A stretch of DNA of 64,000 bases from Pavona decussata (Eukaryota): the NCBI GenBank assembly GCA_977016875.1, contig CDRNST010000354.1, positions 806,001 through 870,000 of the forward strand, read 5' to 3'. The notes beneath the pieces were generated by a model that was not told the origin of the DNA, searched no databases, and saw nothing but the letters and a program-made list of their open reading frames with translations. The first letter of the stretch is position 1. Every line of letters begins with the position of its first letter. The translations under genes were made by a program, and so were the position numbers. Shown piece by piece: positions 13,165-25,005 of this stretch.

Positions 13165-13323
13165 TGTAACGAGTATGTTTACATGAAGTACAAGTCTAGT
13201 TCCCGCCTTGCGTGTCACGTGACCGAGCTTGTCGGAAGCCATCTTGAAGTTTTGTTGTTGCTGTTCAACCGGAATAAATAAGTTGTGTTTTGCGGACTCT
13301 GTGTCTTTCCGCCTGTCGTTACA
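13165..13323 (+). repeat. Gypsy 5' LTR
   Basis: TG...CA ends; direct repeat of 17632-17790. Confidence 0.97.
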
Positions 13324-13336
13324 TGGTGTCAGAAGT
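13324..13336 (+). promoter_or_regulatory. primer binding site, tRNA-Leu type
   Basis: TGGTGTCAGAAGT immediately after the LTR is complementary to the tRNA-Leu 3' end (..ACUUCUGACACCA). Confidence 0.85.
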
Positions 13337-13446
13337 TTCCCGGATCCACACGTCACGAAAAGGAATGATTTGTGGCAGAAGCTACCGAATTTATGCCTGA
13401 AACCAGTGTTCAAAATAGCGAAAGTCCGGCTTCAAGTTTGATAACC

Positions 13447-16317
13447 ATGGCGAATTTCCAAATACCTCCTCCTGACATACTCGAGCTAAACGAAGGTTCG
13501 ACAGCGTCCAATTGGCGAACTTGGGTTTCTGCTTGGAATAATTACAGGCTGGCTACGAAGCTAGATAAAGAGGAAGAAGCACGCCAAGTAGCAACACTTT
13601 TGGCCGTAATTGGAAAAGAAGCGAACAAGATGTTTCGTACTTTCACGTGGGCCTCGCCAGACGACGCGAAGAAAATCGCTGCGGTTGTAAGCAAGTTCGA
13701 AGAGTATTGCATTCCCAGGGAAAACACTATTTACGAACGTTTTCTTTTCTTTACGCGGGATCAGCGGGAATCTGAAACTGTTGATCAATATTTGACGGAG
13801 CTTCGCCAAATTGCAGCAAATTGTGATTTCGAGTCAATCACACCCGATCAGCTTCTCCGGGATCGACTGGTGACAGGTACCAAAACTGCCAAGGTACGTG
13901 AAAATTTGCTCAAAGAGAGGAAATTGACTCTTGAGAAAGCTATAGATATCGCTCGTGCCGCCGAGAGTACGGCTGTCCAAATGAAAGTTATGTCTGCTGA
14001 GTCTGGATTGAGTGCTGTGAAAGAGAAAGAGAAAGAGCAGTCAGAAAATGTCCCATCTGTCAGCAGTGGCTGGATCAAGGACTGCAGATTCTGTGGTAGG
14101 AACCACGAAAGACGTAGCTGCCCTGCCTTTGGCCAGATTTGTCCATATTGTAAAAAAAGGAATCACTTTGTTGTCAAGTGCCCAGCAAAAAGCAAGGTGT
14201 CTTCTGTCCAAGAGCGATTTTATTTAAGTGCCGCAGGTGTTGGAAACGGAGGTCGTGAGATGGTTACCCTCACTGTATCAAAAGAGTCTAACCCCCTTTC
14301 AGGTCATGATGTAAGCTTCTTGATGGACACGGGGGCTGAATGCAATCTTTTGCCCTTGGATGTGTACAAGAAGGTGACTGGCGATCTGCACTTGAATTTC
14401 CTCAATGCACGCGGCAAGTCAATCCTGGTTTTAGCTAATGGAGATGAGCAACCCATCGAGGGCAAAGCCACAGTGTATGTCTCCCGCAAAGGAAACGCAC
14501 ACAAAATTGAAGTCAATGTAGTCAGGGGCCATGGGTATGAGCCCATACTGTCTAAGCAGACAATGCTGGAAATGAACTTGATAAAGATCCTAGACAGTGA
14601 CCGAGATCCACGCGTCAATGTACTGAAGTCCGACACAGAGCCACTGCTGGAAGAGTATGACGATGTATTTGAAGGCCTTGGAAAGTTGGACGGACAGTAC
14701 CACATTGTAACAGACGAGTCCATCAGACCTGTAGTGCATCCTCCGCGACGTTTACCTGTTGCGATGACTGAGCGAGTTCAGCGGAAACTCGAAGAAATGG
14801 TAGCTGCTAACATAATCGAACAAGTCGACCATCCTACTGACTGGGTATCCAGTATGCTAGTGGTGACCAAGCCATCCACCGAAGCTGAGGGGGAAACCAA
14901 GTTACGCATCTGTTTGGATCCCAGGGATCTGAATCTTGCCATAAAGCGTGAACACTTCCCGATGCCGACAATTGAAGAGATTGCAACTAGGCTGAATGGG
15001 GCAAAATTGTTCAGTGTTTTTGATGCCAGTAATGGTTTCTGGCAAGTGGAACTTGACGATGAGTCTAGTAGTTTAACAACGTTTAACACCCCGTTCGGGC
15101 GCTACCGTTGGAAGCGAATGCCATTCGGCATCAATAGTGCACCGGAAGTTTGGCAGCGCAAAATGCGAGAGCACATTGAGGGGCTTAAAGGAGTAGAAGT
15201 AATTGCAGATGATTTTGTGATCGTTGGATTTGGCAACACACCTGCTGAGTGGCAGACAGACCATGACCGGAATGTGCGTGCCTTCCTAGACCGTTGCCGT
15301 GAGAGAAACCTGAAGTTGAACAAGAAGAAAGCCCGACTGAGACAGCAAGAAGTTCCCTTCATCGGACACATTCTAACCCGTGAGGGACTGAAACCAGATC
15401 CACACAAGGTTGAGGCAATTGTGGGGATGCCAGACCCGACTGATGTCCAGTCCTTACGTAGGTTCCTGGGCATGGTGAACTACTTGGCAAAGTTCCTCCC
15501 ACGTCTATCCGAAGAAACAGAAGTCTTGAGAAAACTCACTGAAAAGGATGCTGAGTGGTGTTGGCTGCAAAGTCATACTGATGCTGTGGCCCATGTCAAG
15601 GAAATGATTGTATCTGCACCTGTACTTGCCTACTATGACGTGAATAAGCCAGTGGTCATTCAATGCGATGCTTCCCAAAGTGGACTTGGTGCAGCTCTGC
15701 TACAGGAGGAGCGCCCAGTGGCTTACAGCTCTCGTGTGATGACTCAAACGGAACAAAACTATGCGCAGATTGAAAAAGAGCTACTCGCCATAGTTTATGC
15801 TTGTGAGAAATTTGATCAGTACATTTTTGGAAGGAGCAATGTAATTGTGCAGTCAGACCACAAGCCATTGGAAACCATATTCAAGAAGCCAATCCACAGT
15901 TCGCCAAAACGCCTCCAACGCATGCGTCTCCGTTTACAGAACTATGACATCCAAGTGGTATACAAGAAAGGAGAGACCATGTTCTTGGCTGACACATTAA
16001 GTCGCGCTTACTTGGAAAAGGAACCAGTGAGTCAGACCCAGGACAGTGACGTCCGTTCTGTCAGAGAACGACTGTTCGCTTTTGAGTTAGAGCAGATTAA
16101 AAATGGTGAAGATCTAAGTGTCTCCCCCACTCGCCTGGAAGAGCTGCGCAAGGAGACTGCTCAGGATGAAGAATTACAGACCCTGTCTGATGTTATTCAT
16201 GAGGGTTGGCCAGAGACCCTGTCAGAAGCTCACGAATATGACCGGCGTCGGAGGCAAGTAATTGAGCTGTATTGGAACAGCCGTGATGAGCTGACCATAG
16301 AAGATGGATTGGTATAA
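13447..16317 (+). CDS. gag-pol: Gag-Pol polyprotein part 1 (capsid, two Cys/His knuckles, aspartic protease, RT, RNase H)
   Basis: CRFCGRNH..CPAFGQICPYCKKRNHFVVKC; MDTGA protease; RMPFGI and IADD in RT; QCDAS..EKE..SDHKPL in RNase H. First ATG at 13447; ORF track opens at 13372. Confidence 0.93.
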   Translation: MANFQIPPPDILELNEGSTASNWRTWVSAWNNYRLATKLDKEEEARQVATLLAVIGKEANKMFRTFTWASPDDAKKIAAVVSKFEEYCIPRENTIYERFLFFTRDQRESETVDQYLTELRQIAANCDFESITPDQLLRDRLVTGTKTAKVRENLLKERKLTLEKAIDIARAAESTAVQMKVMSAESGLSAVKEKEKEQSENVPSVSSGWIKDCRFCGRNHERRSCPAFGQICPYCKKRNHFVVKCPAKSKVSSVQERFYLSAAGVGNGGREMVTLTVSKESNPLSGHDVSFLMDTGAECNLLPLDVYKKVTGDLHLNFLNARGKSILVLANGDEQPIEGKATVYVSRKGNAHKIEVNVVRGHGYEPILSKQTMLEMNLIKILDSDRDPRVNVLKSDTEPLLEEYDDVFEGLGKLDGQYHIVTDESIRPVVHPPRRLPVAMTERVQRKLEEMVAANIIEQVDHPTDWVSSMLVVTKPSTEAEGETKLRICLDPRDLNLAIKREHFPMPTIEEIATRLNGAKLFSVFDASNGFWQVELDDESSSLTTFNTPFGRYRWKRMPFGINSAPEVWQRKMREHIEGLKGVEVIADDFVIVGFGNTPAEWQTDHDRNVRAFLDRCRERNLKLNKKKARLRQQEVPFIGHILTREGLKPDPHKVEAIVGMPDPTDVQSLRRFLGMVNYLAKFLPRLSEETEVLRKLTEKDAEWCWLQSHTDAVAHVKEMIVSAPVLAYYDVNKPVVIQCDASQSGLGAALLQEERPVAYSSRVMTQTEQNYAQIEKELLAIVYACEKFDQYIFGRSNVIVQSDHKPLETIFKKPIHSSPKRLQRMRLRLQNYDIQVVYKKGETMFLADTLSRAYLEKEPVSQTQDSDVRSVRERLFAFELEQIKNGEDLSVSPTRLEELRKETAQDEELQTLSDVIHEGWPETLSEAHEYDRRRRQVIELYWNSRDELTIEDGLV

Positions 16318-17451
16318 AAGGGTCATCGCCTTGTGATACCATTTAAAGAGCGTTCTGGTGTTGTAAAGAGCCTGCATGAATCACATATTGGAATAGAAGG
16401 AACATTGCGTCGTGCCTGCGACATTGTTTACTGGCCTGGAATCACAGCCCAGCTCAAAGATCACTTGTCAAGGTATGGAATCTGTAACCGTTATCAGCCC
16501 GAACAATGTAAAGAGCCTTTAAAGCCTCATGAATTGCCTAATTTGCCATGGCAGAAAGTTGGTGTTGATCTTTTCGTGCTGGACGGGCAATCATTTTTGA
16601 TAGCCGTTGATTACTACTCTGGCTATTTTGAAGTGCAAGATATGAGTAGCACCACCAGCAACCGTGTTATCACCATTCTAAAGGCGTGGTTTTCCAGGCA
16701 TGGTATTCCTGTGACTCTCATCAGTGACAATGGGCCCCCCTTCAACAGTGAAGATTTCCAGACCTTCAGTAAGGAATGGGATTTTCACCACGTCACATCA
16801 AGCCCTTATCACGCACAAAGTAATGGTCGTGTGGAAAATGCAGTTAAGACTTGCAAGTCATTGCTGACCAAAGCCCGAGCTGATAAGCGTGATCCTCTGC
16901 TGGCGTTACTTGAGTGGCGCAACACACCAACTGAGGGTATGAATGCTTCTCCTGTTCAGCTACTATATGGTAGGCGAACACACACCTGTCTCCCAGTAGC
17001 CAAGCAATTGTTAACTCCACAGGTGATAACTGATGTCCCCGAAAAGATCAAGATTAGAAAGCAGAAGCAGAAATACTACTATGATCGTCACTCACATGAA
17101 CTGCCAAAATTGCGTGACGGTGATGCCATTAGAATGCGATTGCCACGCGAGAAGGAATGGTCACTGGGGCGCGTCATTGGAGAGGAGGGGACCCGTTCCT
17201 ACTTGGTTGAAGTGAACGGAAAGCATTATCGTCGGAACCGCAAATGGCTCAGAGCAACACCCGAGGAGTTACCGGAGTCAGTGGAGACAAACCTCGACAT
17301 GACCGATCCAATGGAACTGGTAGAGTCAAGTCCTGCTGAGCCGCCACAGGCAATGATACCATCATCACCAGTGGTTTCTGGGCCTCATACTGAAGGTCGT
17401 CCAGTGCGGGACCGCCGCCCCCCAGTGTGGTTAAAAGATTATGAGTGCTGA
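16318..17451 (+). CDS. pol: Pol part 2: integrase, same frame, separated from part 1 by a single TAA
   Basis: HESH zinc-binding region, GVDLF, ISDNGPPF, QSNGRVE; GLV*KGHRLVIP continues in frame. Confidence 0.9.
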   Translation, partial: KGHRLVIPFKERSGVVKSLHESHIGIEGTLRRACDIVYWPGITAQLKDHLSRYGICNRYQPEQCKEPLKPHELPNLPWQKVGVDLFVLDGQSFLIAVDYYSGYFEVQDMSSTTSNRVITILKAWFSRHGIPVTLISDNGPPFNSEDFQTFSKEWDFHHVTSSPYHAQSNGRVENAVKTCKSLLTKARADKRDPLLALLEWRNTPTEGMNASPVQLLYGRRTHTCLPVAKQLLTPQVITDVPEKIKIRKQKQKYYYDRHSHELPKLRDGDAIRMRLPREKEWSLGRVIGEEGTRSYLVEVNGKHYRRNRKWLRATPEELPESVETNLDMTDPMELVESSPAEPPQAMIPSSPVVSGPHTEGRPVRDRRPPVWLKDYEC

Positions 17452-17620
17452 AATAAGACACTGACTCTGCCTTGTTGCCCCTTTTTTCAATTTGGCTTTA
17501 TTATGTACTTTTGCAGGGGCGTTTTAATATAGGAGACTTTCTAAGGCAGATTTGAACATTATGTTATTGCTTTTTTATTATCATTAACGTTCTGTATGCA
17601 TAAACTAAACTATTAGACTT

Positions 17621-17631
17621 AGGAAGGGAGA
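17621..17631 (+). promoter_or_regulatory. polypurine tract
   Basis: AGGAAGGGAGA directly before the 3' LTR. Confidence 0.9.
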
Positions 17632-17790
17632 TGTAACGAGTATGTTTACATGAAGTACAAGTCTAGTTCCCGCCTTGCGTGTCACGTGACCGAGCTTGTC
17701 GGAAGCCATCTTGAAGTTTTGTTGTCGCTGTTCAACCGGAATAAATAAGTTGTGTTTTGCGGACTCTGTGTCTTTCCGCCTGTCGTTACA
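17632..17790 (+). repeat. Gypsy 3' LTR
   Basis: Identical to the 5' LTR except one T/C difference. Confidence 0.97.
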
Positions 17791-19099
17791 ATGGTGCTTG
17801 TATTTACTCATGATAGAGATGCCATGCATTGAGTTTTATTTTATATGACTCTGGACTCTGTCTCATTAAACATCTTGTGCACAGCACATAATTTTCAACT
17901 ACATATATTATTGACATATACAATTTTAGTGCCACCTTCCTTTTTTGTAGAGGCTGGGAAACTAAGAGTTTGATGACTGTCAATATTTTTTGCAGCCCAA
18001 AACATAATCAATTATGTACCAAGGTCAGGACAAACCACGTTAGTATTTAATGATGGAGGACTCGCAGTTGGCCCTCGGGTAAAAGTGAGTATAAACAGGG
18101 TCGTCTTTATAAGTAAAGCTTGTTAACCAAAAAAATTGTAGACTGAAACTAGTCACCATCATAGAATCATTTAGTGATTCACATTGTCATGTGCTTTGCA
18201 AATTGTCCCTTTATAATCAGACCAATTATGGGTAAAATTTTCACAGATGTTTCTGTTTTTTCCTGATTGTAGTTCCTTAAGCAACAAACCAAAGAGATAA
18301 TTAACGCCGAAATTGATTTAAATCAACTAAGAATGCAGTGAGCTATTTACTCTTTGGATCCTGGTGATAAACTAAAAGATTACCACAAGGCCATCAATGA
18401 TGCTTGCTTTGAGATAAAAAAACAAAAGCCAAGTCTTGTTCATGATAAAAAAAATAAATCTTTAAAAGCTTGCTATTGCAAAAGTGGATGCCGATGGTTA
18501 TGCATACAAAAAGAAAAAATCAAGATCAAAGGCACTAATGACAACTGATGTTAAATTGAACACTACCAAAGCAAAGAACATTGCTCAAGAAGGACAAAAC
18601 GCACGAACAAGGTAATGGAAGACCTTAAAGAGGCTGATTTACAAATGAGCCTCTACGAAAAACAGTGATCAAGACAAACTAACGTTCAACACTATTCTCA
18701 GGCAATAATCTTAACCGCGCACATGGCTGAATTGCAACAAAAAAAGAGGAAACTTCAAGATGAGCTTACTGATTTACAGTGTAAAAATGCCAAATCAGTG
18801 AGATACAGAGAGCACAAGGAAAAGAAAACTGGAGCCAAATGTAGTTCATCTTTAATAGGTCAAGGTGCAACAATTGATGTCATGCTCAAAAGAAAAGTAT
18901 GTGGCCCTGTAGCCATTGTTGGTGCTACCGACGGTAATAATGAAGGTGTGGACACAAAGAAACAGAAAGTTGCCATAGAAGATCCAAACAACACAGAAAC
19001 AAGTCTTAATATTGACGGCAATTGGTCGTGACAAAGAAGAATGTACTGTTCACAAATCTACCAAAGAAAGTGCAGTGTCGGAGAAGTCTTCTGAAGATG

Positions 19100-19712
19100 A
19101 TCCTTTTTTATAGACTTTGCCGCGCCCTCTGTAGACTTTGATGCATACAGAAGATACGCTGCATCCGTAAAACGTAACTTGAGTAACAAAGATTCCTACA
19201 AAGTTGGCGAGGGTCTGTACAGGTCGTTGATAAATGATATTTCACTTCTTGAGTTCACATCTCTCTGCCTGTTTTTGTGTGGGGCAAACCATAGGAATTG
19301 TCAAGTGTAGAAAACTTTTGAATTGTGCTAATGACATTTTACACTATGGTGTAATAGACGTTTAAACTGTTTATTGTAAACACTTCCCTGAAACGAAGTA
19401 CATTAGTAACAAGGCCGTCCGCAAATTAATGCAATTGCCTGTGGCAGTTTTTACTCTTACCCTTCAAGGGCCAGGCTCACAACGACTTTTCGTGACTGAG
19501 AACAAACCACATGTGGACTTTTCGCTATTTGTTTCGTGGTTTCCTAAGGTCATCCCAACTGATCAAATCAAGATTAAGGCGTGACCAGAGATCAACTCCA
19601 AGCAATTTGTTCCCTTGCTTCTTCTGAGAAAGACAGAAAACTTATTAGGTTTGCCGCATGCAAAGCACAAGGTCTTAGTAACAAAAAAGCCAGAAAGGAA
19701 CTACACCTGTAG
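19100..19712 (+). pseudogene. decayed second ORF, possibly the N-terminus of a Zator-like or other DDE transposase
   Basis: Frameshifted coding-like sequence ending VTRDQLQAICSLASSEKDRKLIRFAACKAQGLSNKKARKELHL*. No catalytic motif visible; family call is from recalled resemblance only. Confidence 0.3.
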
Positions 19713-20601
19713 AAAAAGAAAAGGAAGAATGGGCGAAAAACAAATTATTGCTGTGTTTATGCATAACTAGTATATAATCGGTATATACCAAACTCACAGT
19801 TGACCATATAGATAAACTGAGATATTCTCCGGGTTTTTTCGCCATTGCTAAAGTTAATAGAATTACTGCAAGGATCATCAATTTCACTCATGTTTTTCCA
19901 ACACAGGCACATACGCCCTGCCGATTCCCTCTACCTTCTGGGCTTTTGAGTGGTTCAGCGCAGCCCCAGCCAAATGCCAAAGAACCCGGGCCATCAGTAG
20001 AAATAAGACAGTTGTATGCCTGCCACCAAGTCAGATAACATCCTCCATCGCTATCCTATGGGGGGGAATCCAGAGCTGCTTTGCAGGAGGCTGGATTTTT
20101 GGGAAAAGTTACTATAGACTCTTCCTAGAGATCACGGGAAATAGAAAGGGAGATTCCAAGTCTCTTTGGACCCTGTTTTGAGTTCATGGATGACGAAATT
20201 CTTCCATTCCACTACCTCAGGTAAGACCGTGCATGAAAATGGGCCATTTCTTGGTGTTGCGAGGGTTGACGACCACCAAGTGACGTAAAACAAGAGATTC
20301 ACATTACCCATACCTAAACTCAATAGCCAACCAACAATTGTTTCCGAAACACAAGTTAAGGGTTAATTGCTGCTATGCGTTGGATAATGAGTTGAATCTA
20401 CTCAAAATTAGCTTGTAAGATTATGATCGAGTTATGCACCAGCAGACAACATTCGTGTATTTCTAATTCATTTATCTTGCGAATAGAGGTCTCCTATAAT
20501 GTATTGACTTGTATTACCTTATTTTGTCTGAAAAGCCCCGTATGCGCTACGGCTTCCCTAATGTATCCTGCGTAAGAAACCCAAGAGTTACATGCTTTTT
20601 G

Positions 20602-23600
20602 CAAATTACGGTCTTTTCGTTCCAAGTCACTTCGTTCCATAAAAAAGTTGTTTCGTTCCACGTAATAATCACTTTGTTCCATAAAAAAGTCGTTTTGTTC
20701 TACGCATTAGTCAATTCGTTCCACAGCAAAAATAGTCTTAAACAAATTACATACAGCTTACCTCAAGTCGCGCAACAGCAGCAGATCGAGAAATTTGTCT
20801 GAAACATATCCGTCTCCCCAATCTTCTTGCACGCGTAATCAGTTGATAGAGAATACATATGATAAACGCAATGGACTGAACATTACCGGCCGCGTGCGCG
20901 CAAAATAAGAGTTAGTTAGGTACGCAACTTGACAGTCACAAACAATCTTTAATAGACAAACGTAAGATCTTTAATAGGTAAAACAAAAAAAAAACATTCT
21001 GCTTCTATAAACGTGGTTAAACTTTATTTCAGCCACACACAATGTGTGAACTTATGTTAATTCTAGGTGACGCTTAAAACCAACATGCAATGTGTGAACT
21101 TATGTTAAGTAGGAGGGACTACTCCAATTATTAACAAACATCCTATTTACATATCAATCAACGTTTCGACCAATCCAATCGCGTGTTTATACTTAACTGA
21201 AAATTTGGATCCGTGAGGTTGTGTATAAAAGGAGCACTTTGTTGCGGGGTCTTCATATCAGCTATCAGCTACCCGAACAACAACTTTCAAATCGCGATCA
21301 TCGTATCATTATGTCTTTGAAGTGTTTATCTAGTCAGCTTCCTGTGTGGCCCCGTCAAAAAGGGCTTCAGTGTGATGGCTTCTTGCATTGGCACCACCGT
21401 AGTTGCGTAACGGGAATAACTCAAGCCGAGTACTGTGAAGCCGTTAACAATGGTGGTTCGATTGAATGGCAGTGCTCAACCTGTGACATCCCTCTGGCTG
21501 AGTGTACACCTGTGCTCTTTGATTGCACATCTGGATCGGACAACCTGTCTACCCTACCTGATGACCTGGACCAGTCTATTATAATAATATATAATAAATA
21601 AGATCTTTCAACAGGGAGCCCACGTCACCAAAAAAAAAAACAAATATAGCTATCTAAAAATAAAAAGTAAAAAGGGTAAGACCGAATCGCAATTTTGGTT
21701 TCCCCTTCTACTGTGTACGATCCCATCCCCATTGAAGACCCCCCCCCCCTAGACGAGTCATCCATCGACGACCCACCAACTGCCGAGAATGTACTCACTG
21801 GCCTCGATCACATTCCAGATAATTGAGGACTCCTCAATGAAGGGGAAACCAAAATCAATCAACAGCAGCGGTTATAGCTATGGAGTAAAACGTCGTCAAG
21901 TTAATGCCACTGACTGGGTGTGCACTGTAAGACCAAAGGTAAATATCACTACAAAAAACAAGTAAAAAAATTAATCAAATTAAGCAATCGATCTCTTTAA
22001 CGTAAACATTTTATCACAGACTAATTTACTTCTTTGTTTTCCTTACTAGGTGAACCCATGTAAAGCAGCTGTGATTGAACGCTCCGACGGTGTCTTTGAG
22101 ATAAGAAACAACAGCCACAACCACCCAGCCAACGTCAGAGCAGTATTGGACACTACCATAACATCGTAAAGGCAAAAGCAGTTGCCGATATCTTCAGACC
22201 TGCGTCCGCCATCGTAGAAGTACTGTTAGAGGAAATGGAAGGTATCCCCTGTCCCAGCTTCCCAAGGCCTGAGTATATTAAAAGGGCTGCAAATAGACGC
22301 TGTCAGCAACTCCGCCCGGCAGATCCAACAGACCTGGATTTCGATCCAGATGAAAGTCACATCCCTGATGGCTTTCTACGCGGTGACATCAGCAACCACG
22401 GAAGCAGACATTTAATGTTTGCAACTGACCAGCAACTAGAATTCCAAGGGAAGGCGAAGTATTGATACGTCGACGGAACCTTCAAGCTGTGCCGGGATCC
22501 CTTAAATCAGCTTCTTACAATCAATGCCTTTGTAAGAAAGGACGACCACGCCAAGCAGGTGCCTCTCCTCTTTATACTGATGTCTGGACGTAGGAAAAAG
22601 GATTACAGAAAAGTCTTCAAGAAGCTCCTCGAGGTCCTTCCGACTGCACCGGCAGTGCAGCGAATAATAACAACGCTAGATTTCAAGAAGGCAACCTGGT
22701 CAGCACTTAGGAGCGTCATCCCACACGCAAAGCTTCCACTGGACGCAAGCTGTATGGAGAAAGGTGAGATTTCAAAATAATGAATGAGATTACGAGATTA
22801 CGTTCAACAAGGTTCAGGAAATTTTGTAGTGAGATTTTGAGAAAGCATAATACAAAAAATTCAAGAAATTTAAAATGTGTACTTATGTCTTTCTGTATTT
22901 TTATCCCCCTAGGTTCAGGAACTCGGCCTCCAGGCGTCTTATCAAAACGACGAGCAGACCCACTCCTTTATCTGTGAAGTGATGGCGTTGCTCTTTCTAC
23001 CCGAAGAAGAAATCAAACCAATGTTCCAGAGGTTACAGCGACGAGCGACTAAGTCACTCAAGGAATTTACCTCCTACGTATCCAGCACCTGGATTGACGG
23101 CACCTGGAGCCCAGCAGACTGGACCGCCTTTAAGAAAGCAGTTAGAACCAACAACAACATCGAGGAATGGCACCATGGCCTTAACCACAGAGCCTCTGGA
23201 CATGGACAGCTCCTCCTATACCTGCTGATTAAGCTGCTCCACAGAGAAGCCAGACTGACAGCAATCCAGATCCATCTTGTCCCTGACAAGAAACTGAAGC
23301 GAATCCAGTGTCGCAAGTGATCTCCAGGCCAAAATCTTCACTTACTGGGATCAGTACGAAGCCAACGACATTTCAGCAAAGCATTTACCGAAATGCTGCT
23401 CCTACCTCAACGAACCGAGAGAGAAGTGAAGATTAATAAACTGAACAAACGCAACCAAACGGCTCCTTTAGGAGCCACCAAATGACATGAAAGCCATGAC
23501 CAACAACAATGCCATATATTTTACTCAACAACGGTCAGGCATCTATCCTTATAACTGCGTGAAACTAGGTACTAATATATCCTCCGAGGCTCTGCTTCCA

Positions 23601-23784
23601 TGCCGAACATCTTGTAATTTCTATGAAACTTCTACATTTAATTTTTATACGTCAAGTTAAGTTAACTTCTAAATTTCCAATACTCACTTTAAGACTTTGT
23701 AAAACTATTGGTGTTTCATGGAACGAATTGACTATTGCGTGGAACGATACGACTTGTTTTATGGAACGAAACGACCAGATACCG
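20602..23784 (+). mobile_element. Mutator/MULE DNA transposon with repetitive terminal inverted repeats
   Basis: Left end has GGTC..TTCGTTCCA repeats (20610-20745); right end has inverted TGGAACGA repeats (23718-23776); encloses a MULE transposase. TSD not resolved. Confidence 0.8.
21311..23429 (+). pseudogene. MULE transposase with N-terminal PHD finger and FLYWCH/WRKY-like zinc finger
   Basis: GLQCDG..HWHHRSC..EWQCSTC; GYSYG..DWVC..CKAAV..HNHP; YVDGTFK, VPLLFILM, FHWTQAVWRK, RTNNNIEEWH. Introns 21939-22049 and 22764-22912; several stops and frameshifts. Confidence 0.88.
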
Positions 23785-24199
23785 TTTTCGCGAGTCTTTG
23801 GGGGCCTATGTTAATAAATCGGGCATGTTTCCATTCAAATATCCTCAAATGAACCCAAATGGATTTTAAATGACGTATGAACAGTATGAAAATCACTATA
23901 CAAATCCCTAGTAACTCTAGTTCTTCAGTCTAGTCCCCCCACCTTAAACGAGGTTTCAGTCTCAGTATGTTCAGCCTGCATTGCGAATTTAAGTCCGTCT
24001 GCGAATCAGCGCTAAAATCCAACAAACTCAACAAAATTCCTGAAGTGCCTTTTGAAATCTCCTTTATTCTGATTGACTATTGAAAGGCTCACTTAGACAA
24101 TCTCACTTAGACAATCATATCATTAAAAATCTTGTTTTTGAAAAGGCGAATCACAGACCGTCCTCAGATCCTGGTACATGATTGGGGGTTTAGAACAAG

Positions 24200-25005
24200 G
24201 CTTGCGGCGCTGATTTCCAGACGGGCTGAACCGAGGGTTGAATTATGTCTGTGACACTGAATGTTAAAACACGATTACTTTGCTTTCTCAATAGCACTCT
24301 GCCAGGAACAAAGAAACTTTGCGTTCCAAAAACTTCCAGCTCCTTCGTCTGGGATGCTGGCCAGGTCTTGTCCACATGTGTCAGGGACACCCTGTATATT
24401 ATGTCAAAAGTGGAACCATTGCATTCGCTGTTTAAGAATGATAAAACGGTAATTATCACACAACGGTAAGTTATCTAAGATTACTTATTGACTTCGTAAT
24501 GAGCTCTCCCAGGAAAAGAGAGGAGTGAAGTTCCGATGAACAAACGACGAAAGTAAAACCAAGACAAGGAATACCCTGCATGATAGAACGAAAACATGCT
24601 GTGGATTGGCATGTTTGACACATAGCATATTTTGTTACATCGTTTTTAACAACTTTCCTTTTGTAAAGTGGTTAGTGAATACATTTTCAAGGAAAAATAC
24701 TACAACACAAATACAAATGTCTTTGTAATGCTTCACTTGAATTTTTCTCCACGTGTCCAAAGTTTCACGTGTCATCATCTGTCCTACTGTAGGCTAACTC
24801 TGACCATCAATTTGAAGATGACAGCATTCTATACCAGCCATTCTTTAACCGCCCAAACGATAGTCACCAGACAAATCACCCACCAGAAGACCCTCCCCCT
24901 GTCGGTGATCAGTCACAAAACAGACAGCAGATCAACAGTCCACCAGCCACCAGTCGTCAGCCAGAAGACACAGCCACAAACGTTAACCTCTCCCGATGTA
25001 TTCCG
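24200..25005 (+). pseudogene. fragment of an uncharacterised spliced gene (copy 1), resembling the N-terminal domain of invertebrate G2E3-like HECT families
   Basis: FLNSTLPGTKKLCVPKTSSSFVWDAGQVLSTCVRDTLYIMSK, donor near 24450, acidic/Pro-rich next exon 24793-25005; paralog at 27480-27680. Confidence 0.35.

Larger units (their letters stand above)
13165..17790 (+). mobile_element. full-length Ty3/Gypsy LTR retrotransposon, Mag-like clade
   Basis: Two 159-bp LTRs (TGTAAC...GTTACA) with 1 mismatch; 5-bp TSD ATGGT at 13160-13164 and 17791-17795; PBS, PPT and gag-PR-RT-RH-IN order. Confidence 0.97.
12288..19031 (+). pseudogene. decayed multi-exon transposon-associated gene with NAB NCD2-like segment and coiled coil, interrupted by the Gypsy element
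   Basis: Exon-like pieces ~12288-12520 (..WSDWIDIKVEDICDKDKINVIVL), 12905-13164/17796-17815, ~17951-18085 and 18273-19031 (AIYSLDPGDKLKDYHKAINDACFEI..PSLVHDK..LAIAKVDADGYAYKKKKSRSK). Confidence 0.4.

Noticed and set aside
13150-13413. Near-identical ORFs at 13150-13413 and 17605-17829
   Set aside because: They arise from the two LTR copies and are not genes.
13542-15868. Several minus-strand ORFs inside the Gypsy element
   Set aside because: Antisense shadows of gag-pol with no independent motifs.
19890-20480. Coding-like GC-richer segment
   Set aside because: Stops in the frames examined and no recognisable motif.
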